This document shows, piece by piece, positions 1-8,659 of a stretch of DNA of 41,785 nucleotides (position 1 is its first letter; each line of letters begins with the position of its first letter). A program made the position numbers and the translations under genes. The DNA is taken from the NCBI GenBank assembly GCA_018713905.1, contig DVOC01000025.1, positions 1-41,785 of the forward strand. Direction: 5' to 3'. Under the pieces are notes generated by a model. That model saw nothing but the letters and a program-made list of their open reading frames with translations, ran no database searches and was not told where the DNA came from. This DNA comes from Candidatus Fimimonas merdipullorum. GTDB taxonomy: Bacteria; Bacillota; Clostridia; Christensenellales; CAG-314.

Positions 1-94
1 TTCGCTTATTATGTAAACACTCATATTGTAATTGTGCCATTTGCAACATTTATTGCACAAACCACCAACACAACAGTCGCCGGCTGCGCAAGCC

Positions 95-121
95 CCCGAC
101 TGGCTAGGGTAGCAGGATTTG
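95..121 (-). repeat. Duplicated tRNA-Gln 3' end (att-like direct repeat, copy of 286..312)
   Basis: CCCGACTGGCTAGGGTAGCAGGATTTG (27 bp) is identical at 95..121 and 286..312; it covers the last 21 nt of the tRNA (including CCA) plus 6 nt downstream. Confidence 0.9.
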
Positions 122-225
122 TCGCTGCGAAGCAGCGTAAGCGGAGCGACGACGTCGCGGAGCGCTACGTTATTTCAAACTGTCCTGACTACACGCAAAA
201 CAAGGGCAGTCACGCCAAACAGGAG

Positions 226-259
226 AAAAGAAAAAGTGTGCAACCACATGCACACTTTT
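226..259 (-). terminator. Intrinsic terminator downstream of tRNA-Gln
   Basis: Inverted repeat AAAAGTGTGCA-ACCACA-TGCACACTTTT (232..259), followed on the minus strand by a U-rich tract. Confidence 0.75.
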
Positions 260-291
260 CTTTGCGACCATAAGGGCGTCGACTGCCCGAC

Positions 292-367
292 TGGCTAGGG
301 TAGCAGGATTTGAACCTGCGAAATGACGGAGTCAGAATCCGTTGCCTTACCGCTTGGCTATACCCCA
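292..367 (-). tRNA. tRNA-Gln (anticodon CTG)
   Basis: Reverse complement TGGGGTATAGCCAAGCGGTAAGGCAACGGATTCTGACTCCGTCATTTCGCAGGTTCAAATCCTGCTACCCTAGCCA: acceptor stem, D-loop GG, anticodon arm ACGGA-TTCTGAC-TCCGT, T-loop GGTTCAAATCC, encoded CCA. Confidence 0.97.
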
Positions 368-382
368 ATATCGTAGGTTTAC

Positions 383-411
383 AGTATAAAACTTTTTGTT
401 CTTTTTGTCAA
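383..411 (-). promoter_or_regulatory. SigA promoter of tRNA-Gln
   Basis: Minus strand TTGACA (411..406), 17-bp spacer, TATACT (388..383). Confidence 0.85.
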
Positions 412-507
412 TCGATTTGCCGCAATTAGCCTCAAAATATATGCCGCCCTGCAAGCCCTTTCGACAAAACACGCGGCGGAGGGGTGCGAGGCGAAGGTAT
501 ATAGCGG

Positions 508-536
508 TTGACAAAGACCATAATATGTAATATAAT
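508..536 (+). promoter_or_regulatory. SigA promoter of the rho operon
   Basis: Perfect consensus TTGACA (508..513), 17 bp, TATAAT (531..536). Confidence 0.88.
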
Positions 537-664
537 AAAGTCAAGTTTCAAACTACTTTATTTTTTTACCGCAGCGTGCGGGTGTTACCGCAGCCTGCAG
601 AGGTTTCCTTGCTTAAAGGGTTATTTTTTGCAAACGTCGTTTTGCTTGTATTTTCGGAGGATTT

Positions 665-2059
665 ATGACTAAACTTTATAACAGCCTTGAGGATTTGGTG
701 GCAGACTTGGAAAAACTCACCGTACCTGCGCTACGCGAAAAAGCTCGGGAATTTTATATCGTGCCCAAAAACCGCAAGCGCGACGAATTGGTGTCGCTGA
801 TAATTGCCGCGTACAAGGGAGAGATGACTCCGGAAAAGCGCATAAAATCGGGACGTCCCACAAAGCGTTGGGGCAAGGTGGAGGTGACGGATCCTTCCAC
901 TTCGGCGCAGAACGACAACGTGGACGAATCCTATCCGCGTCAGGGCATATTGGAAGTAATGTCCGACGGCTACGGCTTTGTGCGCACCAACAACTATTCC
1001 GCCACAACGGGCAGGGACTACTACATTTCCTCCGGCGTGATAACGCGCATGAACCTTCGCGCGGGGGACAAGCTGAAGGTGGTGCTGCACAAGTATCCCG
1101 ACAGAATATCCCCAAACGCCATTTTCGTGCAGGAGATAAACGATCAGCCCTGCGCCACGATAGAGCGCAAGGCTTTCGACACGCTGGAAGCGTGCTATCC
1201 CGACCAGCGCATAGTCATGGAAACGGACAAGCGGGAATATTCGCTGCGCGCGCTGGATCTGGTCGCGCCCATAGGCAAAGGTCAGCGCGGCCTGATAGTG
1301 GCTCCGCCCAAGACGGGCAAAACCATTCTGCTCAAAAAGATAGCCACGGCGGTGCGCAAAAACAATCCGGAAATACACCTCACCGTACTGCTGATAGACG
1401 AACGTCCCGAGGAAGTTACGGACTTCAAGGAGAGCGTAGACTGCGACGTGGTGTATTCCACCTTCGATCAACCCCCTCAAAACCACACGCGCATTGCGGA
1501 ATTGGTGTTTGCCAACGCCAGACGGCGCGTAGAGCAGGGGCAGGACGTAATGATATTGCTGGACAGCATAACGCGGCTGGGGCGCGCCTACAACCAGACT
1601 GCGGAGCAGTCGGGCAGGACGCTTACCGGCGGTTTGGACATAAGCGCCTTGCAGGAACCTAAAAAGATGTTCGGTGCGGGGCGCAACGTAAAGGGCGGAG
1701 GCAGCCTTACCGTGCTTGCCACGGCGCTTATCGACACGGGCAGCAAAATGGACGACATAATTTACGAGGAATTCAAGGGCACGGGCAACATGGAAATACA
1801 GCTTGACCGCAAAATGTCGGAAATGCGTATTTTCCCCGCCATAGACCTCAACAGAAGCAGCACCCGCAACGAGGAAAAGCTGTTCACTCAGGAGCAGTTC
1901 GAGGGGGCGTATATCATAAGAAAAATGCTGTCGAGGGAAGATTCGGCGCGCGCCACCGAGGAATTGCTGGAGCTCATCATGGCTACAAGCAACAACGCCG
2001 AAACGATAGATATGCTCAAAAGGCTTATGCGTTCGTCGCAGCTGCGGCGCAGGAGCTGA
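665..2059 (+). CDS. rho: Transcription termination factor Rho
   Basis: GILEV..DGYGFVR RNA-binding domain, [19 protein letters not shown] Walker [32 protein letters not shown]; GGAGG RBS at 656..660. Confidence 0.98.
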   Translation: MTKLYNSLEDLVADLEKLTVPALREKAREFYIVPKNRKRDELVSLIIAAYKGEMTPEKRIKSGRPTKRWGKVEVTDPSTSAQNDNVDESYPRQGILEVMSDGYGFVRTNNYSATTGRDYYISSGVITRMNLRAGDKLKVVLHKYPDRISPNAIFVQEINDQPCATIERKAFDTLEACYPDQRIVMETDKREYSLRALDLVAPIGKGQRGLIVAPPKTGKTILLKKIATAVRKNNPEIHLTVLLIDERPEEVTDFKESVDCDVVYSTFDQPPQNHTRIAELVFANARRRVEQGQDVMILLDSITRLGRAYNQTAEQSGRTLTGGLDISALQEPKKMFGAGRNVKGGGSLTVLATALIDTGSKMDDIIYEEFKGTGNMEIQLDRKMSEMRIFPAIDLNRSSTRNEEKLFTQEQFEGAYIIRKMLSREDSARATEELLELIMATSNNAETIDMLKRLMRSSQLRRRS

Positions 2060-2060
2060 C

Positions 2061-3128
2061 ATGAAACGGGTAGTAGTGGGCATGAGCGGCGGCGTGGACA
2101 GCGCCGTTTCCGCATGGCTGCTCAAACAGCAGGGATACGACGTCACGGCGTTGTTTATGCACAACTGGGAGGAGCAGCAGGACGGCTGCTGCACGGCGGA
2201 GCAGGACTACGAGGACGTCAGGCGCGTATCGGAAAAGCTGGGCATTGCCTACTATTCGGTAAACTTTGCCAAGCAGTATATGGACAGGGTGTTTAGCTAC
2301 TTTTTGGAAGAATACAAAAAGGGACGTACCCCCAACCCGGACGTGCTGTGCAACAGGGAGATAAAGTTCGGCCCCTTTTTGCAATATGCAAAGGCGTTGG
2401 GCGCCGACTATATCGCCACTGGGCACTATTGCGGAATACGCCACGAAAACGGCGTTCACTATCTGCTTAAAGCCAAGGACAAAGAAAAGGATCAGACCTA
2501 CTTTCTCAATCAGCTTTCCCAAAGCCAGCTTGCCGACGTGATTTTTCCCCTTGCCGACGTGACCAAAAGCCGCGTGAGGGAAATAGCGGAGCAGTTGCAG
2601 CTGTCCAACGCCAAAAAGAAGGACAGCACGGGCATATGCTTCATAGGCGAGCGCAACTTCCGCAATTTTCTGCAAAACTATCTGCCCTCTACGCCGGGGG
2701 ACATAGTGGACGTCAACGGCAAAAAGGTGGGCAGGCACATGGGACTTATGTATTATACCCTCGGTCAGCGGCGCGGACTTGGACTTGGCGGCACAGCGGA
2801 GGGGTGCGGACGGTGGTTCGTGGCGGAAAAGGACGTCAAAAACAACCTGCTGGTGGTTTCCCACGGCGACGAGAGCGTGCTTATGTCCAAGGGACTTTAC
2901 GCCGAAAACCTCAACTGGATACCTTCGCCGCCGGCGCAAAGCTTTTGCTGCAACGCCAAGTTCCGTTACAGACAGCCGGAGCAGCAGGTAACGGTCACGC
3001 TTAAAGGCAACGGCGCGGAGGTGGCTTTTGCCTGTCCGCAGCGGGCGGTGACTCCCGGTCAGTACGTGGTGTTCTACGACGAGGAAAAGTGCCTCGGCGG
3101 CGGAGTGATAGAAGAAGTTTACAAATAA
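2061..3128 (+). CDS. mnmA: tRNA 2-thiouridine(34) synthase MnmA
   Basis: SGGVDS PP-loop, GRTPNPDVLCNREIKFG, ATGHY, KDQTYFL, KKDSTGICFIGE, YTLGQRRG, AVTPGQ. Confidence 0.98.
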   Translation: MKRVVVGMSGGVDSAVSAWLLKQQGYDVTALFMHNWEEQQDGCCTAEQDYEDVRRVSEKLGIAYYSVNFAKQYMDRVFSYFLEEYKKGRTPNPDVLCNREIKFGPFLQYAKALGADYIATGHYCGIRHENGVHYLLKAKDKEKDQTYFLNQLSQSQLADVIFPLADVTKSRVREIAEQLQLSNAKKKDSTGICFIGERNFRNFLQNYLPSTPGDIVDVNGKKVGRHMGLMYYTLGQRRGLGLGGTAEGCGRWFVAEKDVKNNLLVVSHGDESVLMSKGLYAENLNWIPSPPAQSFCCNAKFRYRQPEQQVTVTLKGNGAEVAFACPQRAVTPGQYVVFYDEEKCLGGGVIEEVYK

Positions 3129-3138
3129 CGGTGTACGT

Positions 3139-4002
3139 ATGAATGATATGGCGAAAAACACGCCGACGGTATCGGAGATAGTGGACGAATTGGCAAAGGA
3201 ACAGCCTCCCAAGCGCATTTGGGAGGTGGATTTCGTACGCGGACTTATGATACTGTTCGTGGTGTGGGATCACTTCATGTACGACGTGTCGGCGTTCGAG
3301 CCTTACCAAAGCGGCTTGTTCAATTGGTTGTACGCGCTTTCCGCCCGTTATTACAGCGGAGTGCTGCGGCAGGTGGCTCAGCCTGTTTTCGTCACCATGT
3401 TCGTGTTTACAAGCGGCGTGTCCTGCAGTTTCTCCCGCAGCAACGGCAAGCGCGCACTGCGCATGATGGCGTTTGCGCTGCTGTTTACGGCGGCGACGAG
3501 GGCTGCCGAGGAGATAGTTCGCGCCGACGTCACTATATATTTCAACGTCATTCACGTCATTGCGCTGTCCGTCGCGCTGTACACGGCGGTGGAATGGGTG
3601 TGGAAAAAGTGCGTCAAGGGGTGGCAGAAAAACCTTTTCGGCATTGTGATGACGGCGGTGACGCTTGCCGTCATAATAGTGGGCGCATGCGCCAATGCCA
3701 AACCGTGGACTAACGACAACCCCTTGTGGTTTTTCCTTGCAATGCACAACAGTCAGAAGGTACCCGCCTTTACCCACTTCTACGGCGGCGACTATCTGCC
3801 CTTTTTCCCCGCATTCGGCTGGTTTCTGGTGGGTGCGTTTCTGGGCAAGTTTCTGTACCGGCAAAGACAATCTCTCTTTCCCACCGTCAACGAAAAGTGG
3901 GTTTGCCCCGTCACCTTCTGCGGCAGACACGCCATATGGATATACTTCGGCAGTCAGCTGTTTATGTACGGACTGTTTTATCTGTTCTGCGTGCTGATAT
4001 GA
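3139..4002 (+). CDS. Multi-pass membrane protein, DUF1624 / heparan-alpha-glucosaminide N-acetyltransferase-like
   Basis: RIWEVDFVRG..L.VVWDH N-terminal motif, FVFTSGVS, FNVIH, DYLPFFPAFGWFLVG, GRHAIWIY; about 8 hydrophobic segments. Confidence 0.8.
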   Translation: MNDMAKNTPTVSEIVDELAKEQPPKRIWEVDFVRGLMILFVVWDHFMYDVSAFEPYQSGLFNWLYALSARYYSGVLRQVAQPVFVTMFVFTSGVSCSFSRSNGKRALRMMAFALLFTAATRAAEEIVRADVTIYFNVIHVIALSVALYTAVEWVWKKCVKGWQKNLFGIVMTAVTLAVIIVGACANAKPWTNDNPLWFFLAMHNSQKVPAFTHFYGGDYLPFFPAFGWFLVGAFLGKFLYRQRQSLFPTVNEKWVCPVTFCGRHAIWIYFGSQLFMYGLFYLFCVLI

Positions 4003-4077
4003 CCTATTTTTGCCCTCTCCAAAAGAAGTGTAACTCAAAAGTCGGATAGATATTTGATAGTTAAATTATTGCTTTCC

Positions 4078-4113
4078 ACCGAGTTCGGTATCCTGTCGGA
4101 CTCGGTTTTTTTT
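4078..4113 (+). terminator. Intrinsic terminator of the rho-mnmA operon
   Basis: Stem ACCGAGTTCG/CGGACTCGGT followed by a T-run. Confidence 0.75.
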
Positions 4114-4409
4114 GTTTTACGGCTATCGTTCATTGTCGCCTGCGTACCGCGTGACCGTATAAGCCCTGCCCGCCTACCTTCCCGAAAAACGTATTTACAG
4201 CCTGTCGTGCAGACGGGCAAACGCACTCGGCGGTTGCGGCAGTACGTCGTTGGCGCAAATTATGGAAAGACGAGGCGCGTGGTGAAAGCGGGGCGAGGCA
4301 GGACAAAGGTCTTGCGGCGTTGCAATGCGGTGTTTTTTGTAAGCCTGCAAGGGCGTAATACGTCGGCAAAATTTCGGTGCAAAAAAACGCGCGGCGCAGG
4401 CGTATTTTA

Positions 4410-4438
4410 TTGACAACAAAGGCAAACGGCGGTATACT
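4410..4438 (+). promoter_or_regulatory. SigA promoter of the TPP riboswitch-thiT transcript
   Basis: TTGACA (4410..4415), 17 bp, TATACT (4433..4438), directly before the aptamer. Confidence 0.85.
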
Positions 4439-4443
4439 TAATG

Positions 4444-4519
4444 GGCTGGGGGTGCCCCGTGTGTCGGGGCTGAGAAATACCCTTTGAACTTGTCAAGTCA
4501 GTACTTGCGTAAGGAAGCG
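4444..4519 (+). ncRNA. TPP (THI-box) riboswitch aptamer, variant
   Basis: GGGGGTGCCCCG..CGGGGCTGAGAAATACCC pyrimidine sensor intact; P4 CTT/AAG, P5 CAAG/CTTG, GCGTAAGGAAG; lies upstream of a thiamine transporter. Confidence 0.9.
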
Positions 4520-4539
4520 AAAACAAAATCATACGTTGT

Positions 4540-4582
4540 TTCCTGCAAGTTTTCGGCTTATAAGTTGAAAACTATTTTGTTT
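4540..4582 (+). terminator. Riboswitch expression platform (terminator/antiterminator)
   Basis: Hairpin AGTTTTCGGCTT/AAGTTGAAAACT (4548..4573) plus U-tract; TTCCTGCAAGT (4540..4550) can alternatively pair with aptamer ACTTGC-gta-AGGAA (4503..4516). Confidence 0.7.
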
Positions 4583-4593
4583 GGGAGGAAAAA

Positions 4594-5709
4594 ATGGATC
4601 AATATCTCAATTCCGATATGGCGGAAAACTATCTGGATTTTCTGGGCGAGGTTACCGACCTTATCTCTGCCGTTGCGCTGTACATAACCATAGCGCTGGC
4701 GGTGGGACTCATCATCTACGCCATTGTGATACGCAACCGCGACGAGCAGTACCTTGCCGGTGCGCGCAAGCTTATGGCGGGCATGATCAGTGGTTACGCC
4801 GTGGGCGTGATATCCGTGCTGGGTTCGTACAATTTGGCTCGCGACGTGTGGAAGGGCGACCTCAACACAAATTGGTGGCTTATGGCGGGCATGTTTGCCC
4901 TTGCCGCAGTAGGGCTTGTGGTAGTGCTGGTGCTGTGGAAGAAAAAGCCTGCCGCAGCCAAGTGGACGGGGCTGGGCTTCGGCATTGCCCTCGTGGCGTA
5001 TTCCGTCGTGCTGCTGTTCGTGGTCAAGCCGGAGCAGGGGTACGAGCCTATCACTTCCAAGACGCTTATGTACGTGTTTTCGGCAATAGTAATTGCCGTA
5101 ATAGCCGTTCTGGCGTTTTTGGGCGGAAGCGAAAACAAGCAGTATAACACCAAGGCGCTCACCTACGGCGCCATATGCATTGCGCTGTCCTTTGCGCTTT
5201 CCTACATAAAATTCTTTCAGCTGCCGCAACACGGCTCGGTGACCTTCGCCAGCCTGCTGCCGCTGGCGCTGTACTCCTATATGTTCGGCACCAAAAAGGG
5301 CGTTATTGCCGGTATCATTTACGGATTTCTGCAATTTATACAATCTCCCTCCTTCTACGAGCCTATGCAGGCGCTGCTGGACTACCCCATAGCCTTTGCC
5401 GCCATAGGCGTAGCCGGCATAGCGCGCAAGTTTGCCTTTCTGAAGGGGGACGTGCGGCTGGAATTTGCCGTAGGCACCACCATAGCCGTGTTGCTGAGGT
5501 ACGTTTCCCACGTCATCAGCGGATACTTCGTGTTCTATTCGTGGCGGCAGGAGGGCTACTCTCCGCTGACGTGGGCGTTGGTGTACAACCTGTTTACCAT
5601 TGCCGACCTCGGCATAGTGCTGGTGGTGGGCGTCATTGCCCTCTCCTCCAAGACGGTGCGCAGGCTGGTGCTTGCCGCCGACAGTCAGGCAGAACCCATA
5701 TTGGCGTAA
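4594..5709 (+). CDS. thiT: Thiamine ECF S-component ThiT with about 185-aa N-terminal membrane extension
   Basis: C-terminal half matches ThiT (ALSFALSYIK..LPQHGSVT, G.IAG.IYG.LQ, QALLDYPIAF, LRYVSHVISG..F); TPP riboswitch upstream; GGAGG RBS. Confidence 0.9.
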   Translation: MDQYLNSDMAENYLDFLGEVTDLISAVALYITIALAVGLIIYAIVIRNRDEQYLAGARKLMAGMISGYAVGVISVLGSYNLARDVWKGDLNTNWWLMAGMFALAAVGLVVVLVLWKKKPAAAKWTGLGFGIALVAYSVVLLFVVKPEQGYEPITSKTLMYVFSAIVIAVIAVLAFLGGSENKQYNTKALTYGAICIALSFALSYIKFFQLPQHGSVTFASLLPLALYSYMFGTKKGVIAGIIYGFLQFIQSPSFYEPMQALLDYPIAFAAIGVAGIARKFAFLKGDVRLEFAVGTTIAVLLRYVSHVISGYFVFYSWRQEGYSPLTWALVYNLFTIADLGIVLVVGVIALSSKTVRRLVLAADSQAEPILA

Positions 5710-5724
5710 TACCTTCGCAATATG

Positions 5725-5757
5725 CGTGCGCTTCCTTTGGGAGCGCACGTTTTTTTT
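5725..5757 (+). terminator. Intrinsic terminator after thiT
   Basis: CGTGCGCTTCC-TTT-GGGAGCGCACG followed by T8. Confidence 0.85.
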
Positions 5758-6543
5758 GTGAAGCTTCTCCGATACGCCGCCTTTTTGTCTTTTGGCGGGG
5801 CGGCGCAAGGGAACTGCCCTCAAGTGACTTTGGCTTTTGCGTGAACGTGCCCTTTTCGCCCTGCGGTATTTTGTTTTTTGCGGTGGGGCGTGAATGCCCT
5901 TGCATTGTTGCGCCCTCCGCGCCCTGACTTACTCATCGCAGAGCACGTTTTGGCGACGGTTCGCCCTGCAAGAGTTGTTTCACCCGTGTCGGACGAGTAC
6001 GGACGCACTGTGGGCGAAATTAAATGCGTGCCGTTATGGAATGCGCGGAATTTTGCGCTGCTGTGGGTGTGCCTTGCCGTAGGCGCAGTGGCGGGGCAAA
6101 CCTTGCGCACAATGCCCTTGTACGTTTCGTGTGCTTGCAAGACGGAAAAATAATAATTTCCTCAAGCGAATGCGTTCGGGGCAACGCCGCAAGTGCATTG
6201 TCGGGAAAAACGCTCACAACGCCCCTCATTTATCGCTACTGCGAAGCGACAAACTAAAACCGACGGTTTTGAAAAAAATGATAAGGAGCATTTTATTCGG
6301 TGTTGACGAAGGGGCTACACCCGCCGTTATCGTACGTCGGAACCTCGACAAAAACGCCTTGCCCTTTCGCTATAAGCACAGCAATAATGAATTTTAGCAA
6401 GCATAGTTCTTTTATATTTATCGCTAAAATACGTAAAGGCGCGCAAACACTAACACGATACTGTTATTTTCCTCTTAAAATTGCATATAGTGAGCAAAAT
6501 CGAAAAAAAATTATAATTTTAGCAACTTTTTTTGAAAACCATC

Positions 6544-6572
6544 TATACAAAGCCGTTTTCCTGTGGTATAAT
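6544..6572 (+). promoter_or_regulatory. Extended -10 SigA promoter of ppx
   Basis: TATACA, 17 bp, TGnTATAAT (TATAAT at 6567..6572). Confidence 0.65.
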
Positions 6573-6646
6573 GTATGCGGAATTATGCGGCGTCCGTAAG
6601 GGCGGACGTCGGCATGCATACGCCGTGCGGCAAAGGATGAAAGGTT

Positions 6647-8158
6647 ATGGAAAAAGTAGCATTGATCGATTTAGGTTCCAATACTGCCAGACTGGTGATT
6701 TACGACGTGCTGGACGGGGGATACTTTGTGGTGTCGGAAGATTACCACGAGGCTGTTCGTCTTGGCGAAACGGAGGCGGACGGCAACCTCAAGCAGACGC
6801 GCATAATGCAGGCGATAAACACCTTAAAGCTGTTCAAGGAAATTTGCATGATAAAGGGTGTGGACAAGGTGGTGGCAGTGGCTACCGCCGCCGTGCGCCG
6901 CGCAAACAACCAAAAGACCTTTCTTTCCGACGTGTATAACCAAACGGGCATACGCATTACGGTAGTTTCCGAGGATGAGGAAGCCAACTACGTGTATCAG
7001 GGCGTGATAAACTCTATGGATATTCCCCGCGGGCTGATAATGGAAATAGGCGGAGGCTCCACCAAGGTAGTTTACTACAACCGCCGCACCATATTGCACA
7101 CCAAGATATTCGAGTTCGGCGCCGTCACCCTTACCAACAAGTTCTTCATTCCCGGCAAAGCGCCCGAGCAATGCTCCGACGACATAGTAAACTACGTCAA
7201 GTCGCAGCTGGAACAGGTAGAGTGGTTCAAGGAGATAGATCCCGACACGCAGCTGATAGGCGTTGGGGGCAGCTGCCGCAATCTGGCGCGGATAGTGTGC
7301 AAAGTCAAAAAGTACCCGCTGGACATGGTGCACAACCTCAACATGCAGGTGGAGGACTTCAACTATATCTACAATATGATCCGCACGCTGGATCTGGACA
7401 AAAAACGCCGCATAAAGGGTTTAAGCTCTGCGCGCGCAGACGTATTCCCCGCCGCGCTGGCGTTTATCAAGGCGTTTGTAGATCACCTCGGGTTTACCAA
7501 AATCATTTCCTCCGGCAGCGGTCTGCGCGAGGGCGTAATGTTCAACTATGCCGTGCCGCAAACGTTGGAAAAGCCCATCAGCGACGTGCTCGGGCACAGC
7601 CTGCTGACGCTGGCGGCGCATATGGGGGTAAACATTCCCCACGCCGAACAGACCTTCAATTTGTGCGTGCAGCTGTTCAAGCAGCTGCGAGTGCTGCACA
7701 AGTTCCCCCGCGCATACGTAAAGGTGCTGCGCGTGGCGGCAATACTGCACGAGGCGGGCAGCAAGTTCAAATACTACAACAACGCCAAGCATACGGCGTA
7801 CATGATACTCAACAGCAATCTTTACGGTATTTCCCACAAGGATATCGTGCTTGCCGCCTACGTCACCGACGTCAACAACCGCGAGGAAGTCAACGTCACC
7901 GACTGGGCAAAGTACAACGGTATTTTGCAGCCGGAGGACGTAGAGGCGGTCAAAAAGCTCTCCGTCATTCTGCGCCTTGCCACCGCGCTGGATTACAGCA
8001 TGCGCGGCGTGGTGAAGGAGATAAACTGCGACGTGTTGGGGGACAGCGTAATTATGAAAATGGAGCTGGAGGGGGACGCCACTTTGGAAAAGAAGGCGGC
8101 AAGCCTTGTCACTCTGGACTTCAAAAAGGTGTTCCGCAAAAATCTGGAAATGTTCTGA
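6647..8158 (+). CDS. ppx: Exopolyphosphatase / pppGpp phosphohydrolase, Ppx/GppA family (with C-terminal HD-like domain)
   Basis: ALIDLGSNTARL, VATAAVRRA.N, EEA, MEIGGGST, FGAVTLT, GVGGS, RADV, GLREG; AAILHEAG and LRLA in the C-terminal domain. Confidence 0.93.
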   Translation: MEKVALIDLGSNTARLVIYDVLDGGYFVVSEDYHEAVRLGETEADGNLKQTRIMQAINTLKLFKEICMIKGVDKVVAVATAAVRRANNQKTFLSDVYNQTGIRITVVSEDEEANYVYQGVINSMDIPRGLIMEIGGGSTKVVYYNRRTILHTKIFEFGAVTLTNKFFIPGKAPEQCSDDIVNYVKSQLEQVEWFKEIDPDTQLIGVGGSCRNLARIVCKVKKYPLDMVHNLNMQVEDFNYIYNMIRTLDLDKKRRIKGLSSARADVFPAALAFIKAFVDHLGFTKIISSGSGLREGVMFNYAVPQTLEKPISDVLGHSLLTLAAHMGVNIPHAEQTFNLCVQLFKQLRVLHKFPRAYVKVLRVAAILHEAGSKFKYYNNAKHTAYMILNSNLYGISHKDIVLAAYVTDVNNREEVNVTDWAKYNGILQPEDVEAVKKLSVILRLATALDYSMRGVVKEINCDVLGDSVIMKMELEGDATLEKKAASLVTLDFKKVFRKNLEMF

Positions 8159-8170
8159 TACAAAATTTTT

Positions 8171-8200
8171 GCCCGAGGCATTGCCTCGGGCTTTTTGTTT
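8171..8200 (+). terminator. Intrinsic terminator after ppx
   Basis: GCCCGAGG-CATTG-CCTCGGGC followed by TTTTTGTTT. Confidence 0.85.
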
Positions 8201-8508
8201 GCGTATTTTGCCTGCGGCGGCGTGTTGACGGCAGTTTTGCTTTAAGTCGCGCGCCGTAGCCGTTCCCTTGCCGCAAGCGGTGCGGAGCGTGCTTTTGCAG
8301 TTCACAACACTTTGGGTAACTTTGCTCTATGCGGCGGCTGTTTGCTCCTCTCGTCAGGGCAGGTTTCTGCCGCGAGTGTAAATTTGGCGCAAAAAATTTC
8401 GGAGTGTCTTTTACGCTCCTTCGACATTGCAAGAAAGGGTTTGCTTGTGCAAAAGCGGGGCGGCGTGCGAACAACCGGTATCGCATCTTGCAAAACAGGC
8501 GCATTCAC

Positions 8509-8543
8509 AAAAAAACTGCGGCTGACGTGCCGCAGTTTTTTTT
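8509..8543. terminator. Bidirectional terminator (probably ends the giant lipoprotein transcript)
   Basis: A7-CTGCGGC-TGACGT-GCCGCAG-T8. Confidence 0.8.
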
Positions 8544-8659
8544 GAGTGTAGTGAGGGAGTTTTTGCACACGAATGCAGTTGTATCTTTGCGGTTCAGCGG
8601 TGTAAATTTGCCCTGCCTGTACCGCAAAACCTCATACGTATGCGTTTTTGCGTGACATT

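Noticed and set aside
95-170. Second tRNA gene
   Set aside because: Only the 3' 21 nt match; no anticodon or D arm.
5760-6600. Short ORFs between thiT and ppx
   Set aside because: No RBS or motifs, and several mutually overlapping frames of similar weak quality.
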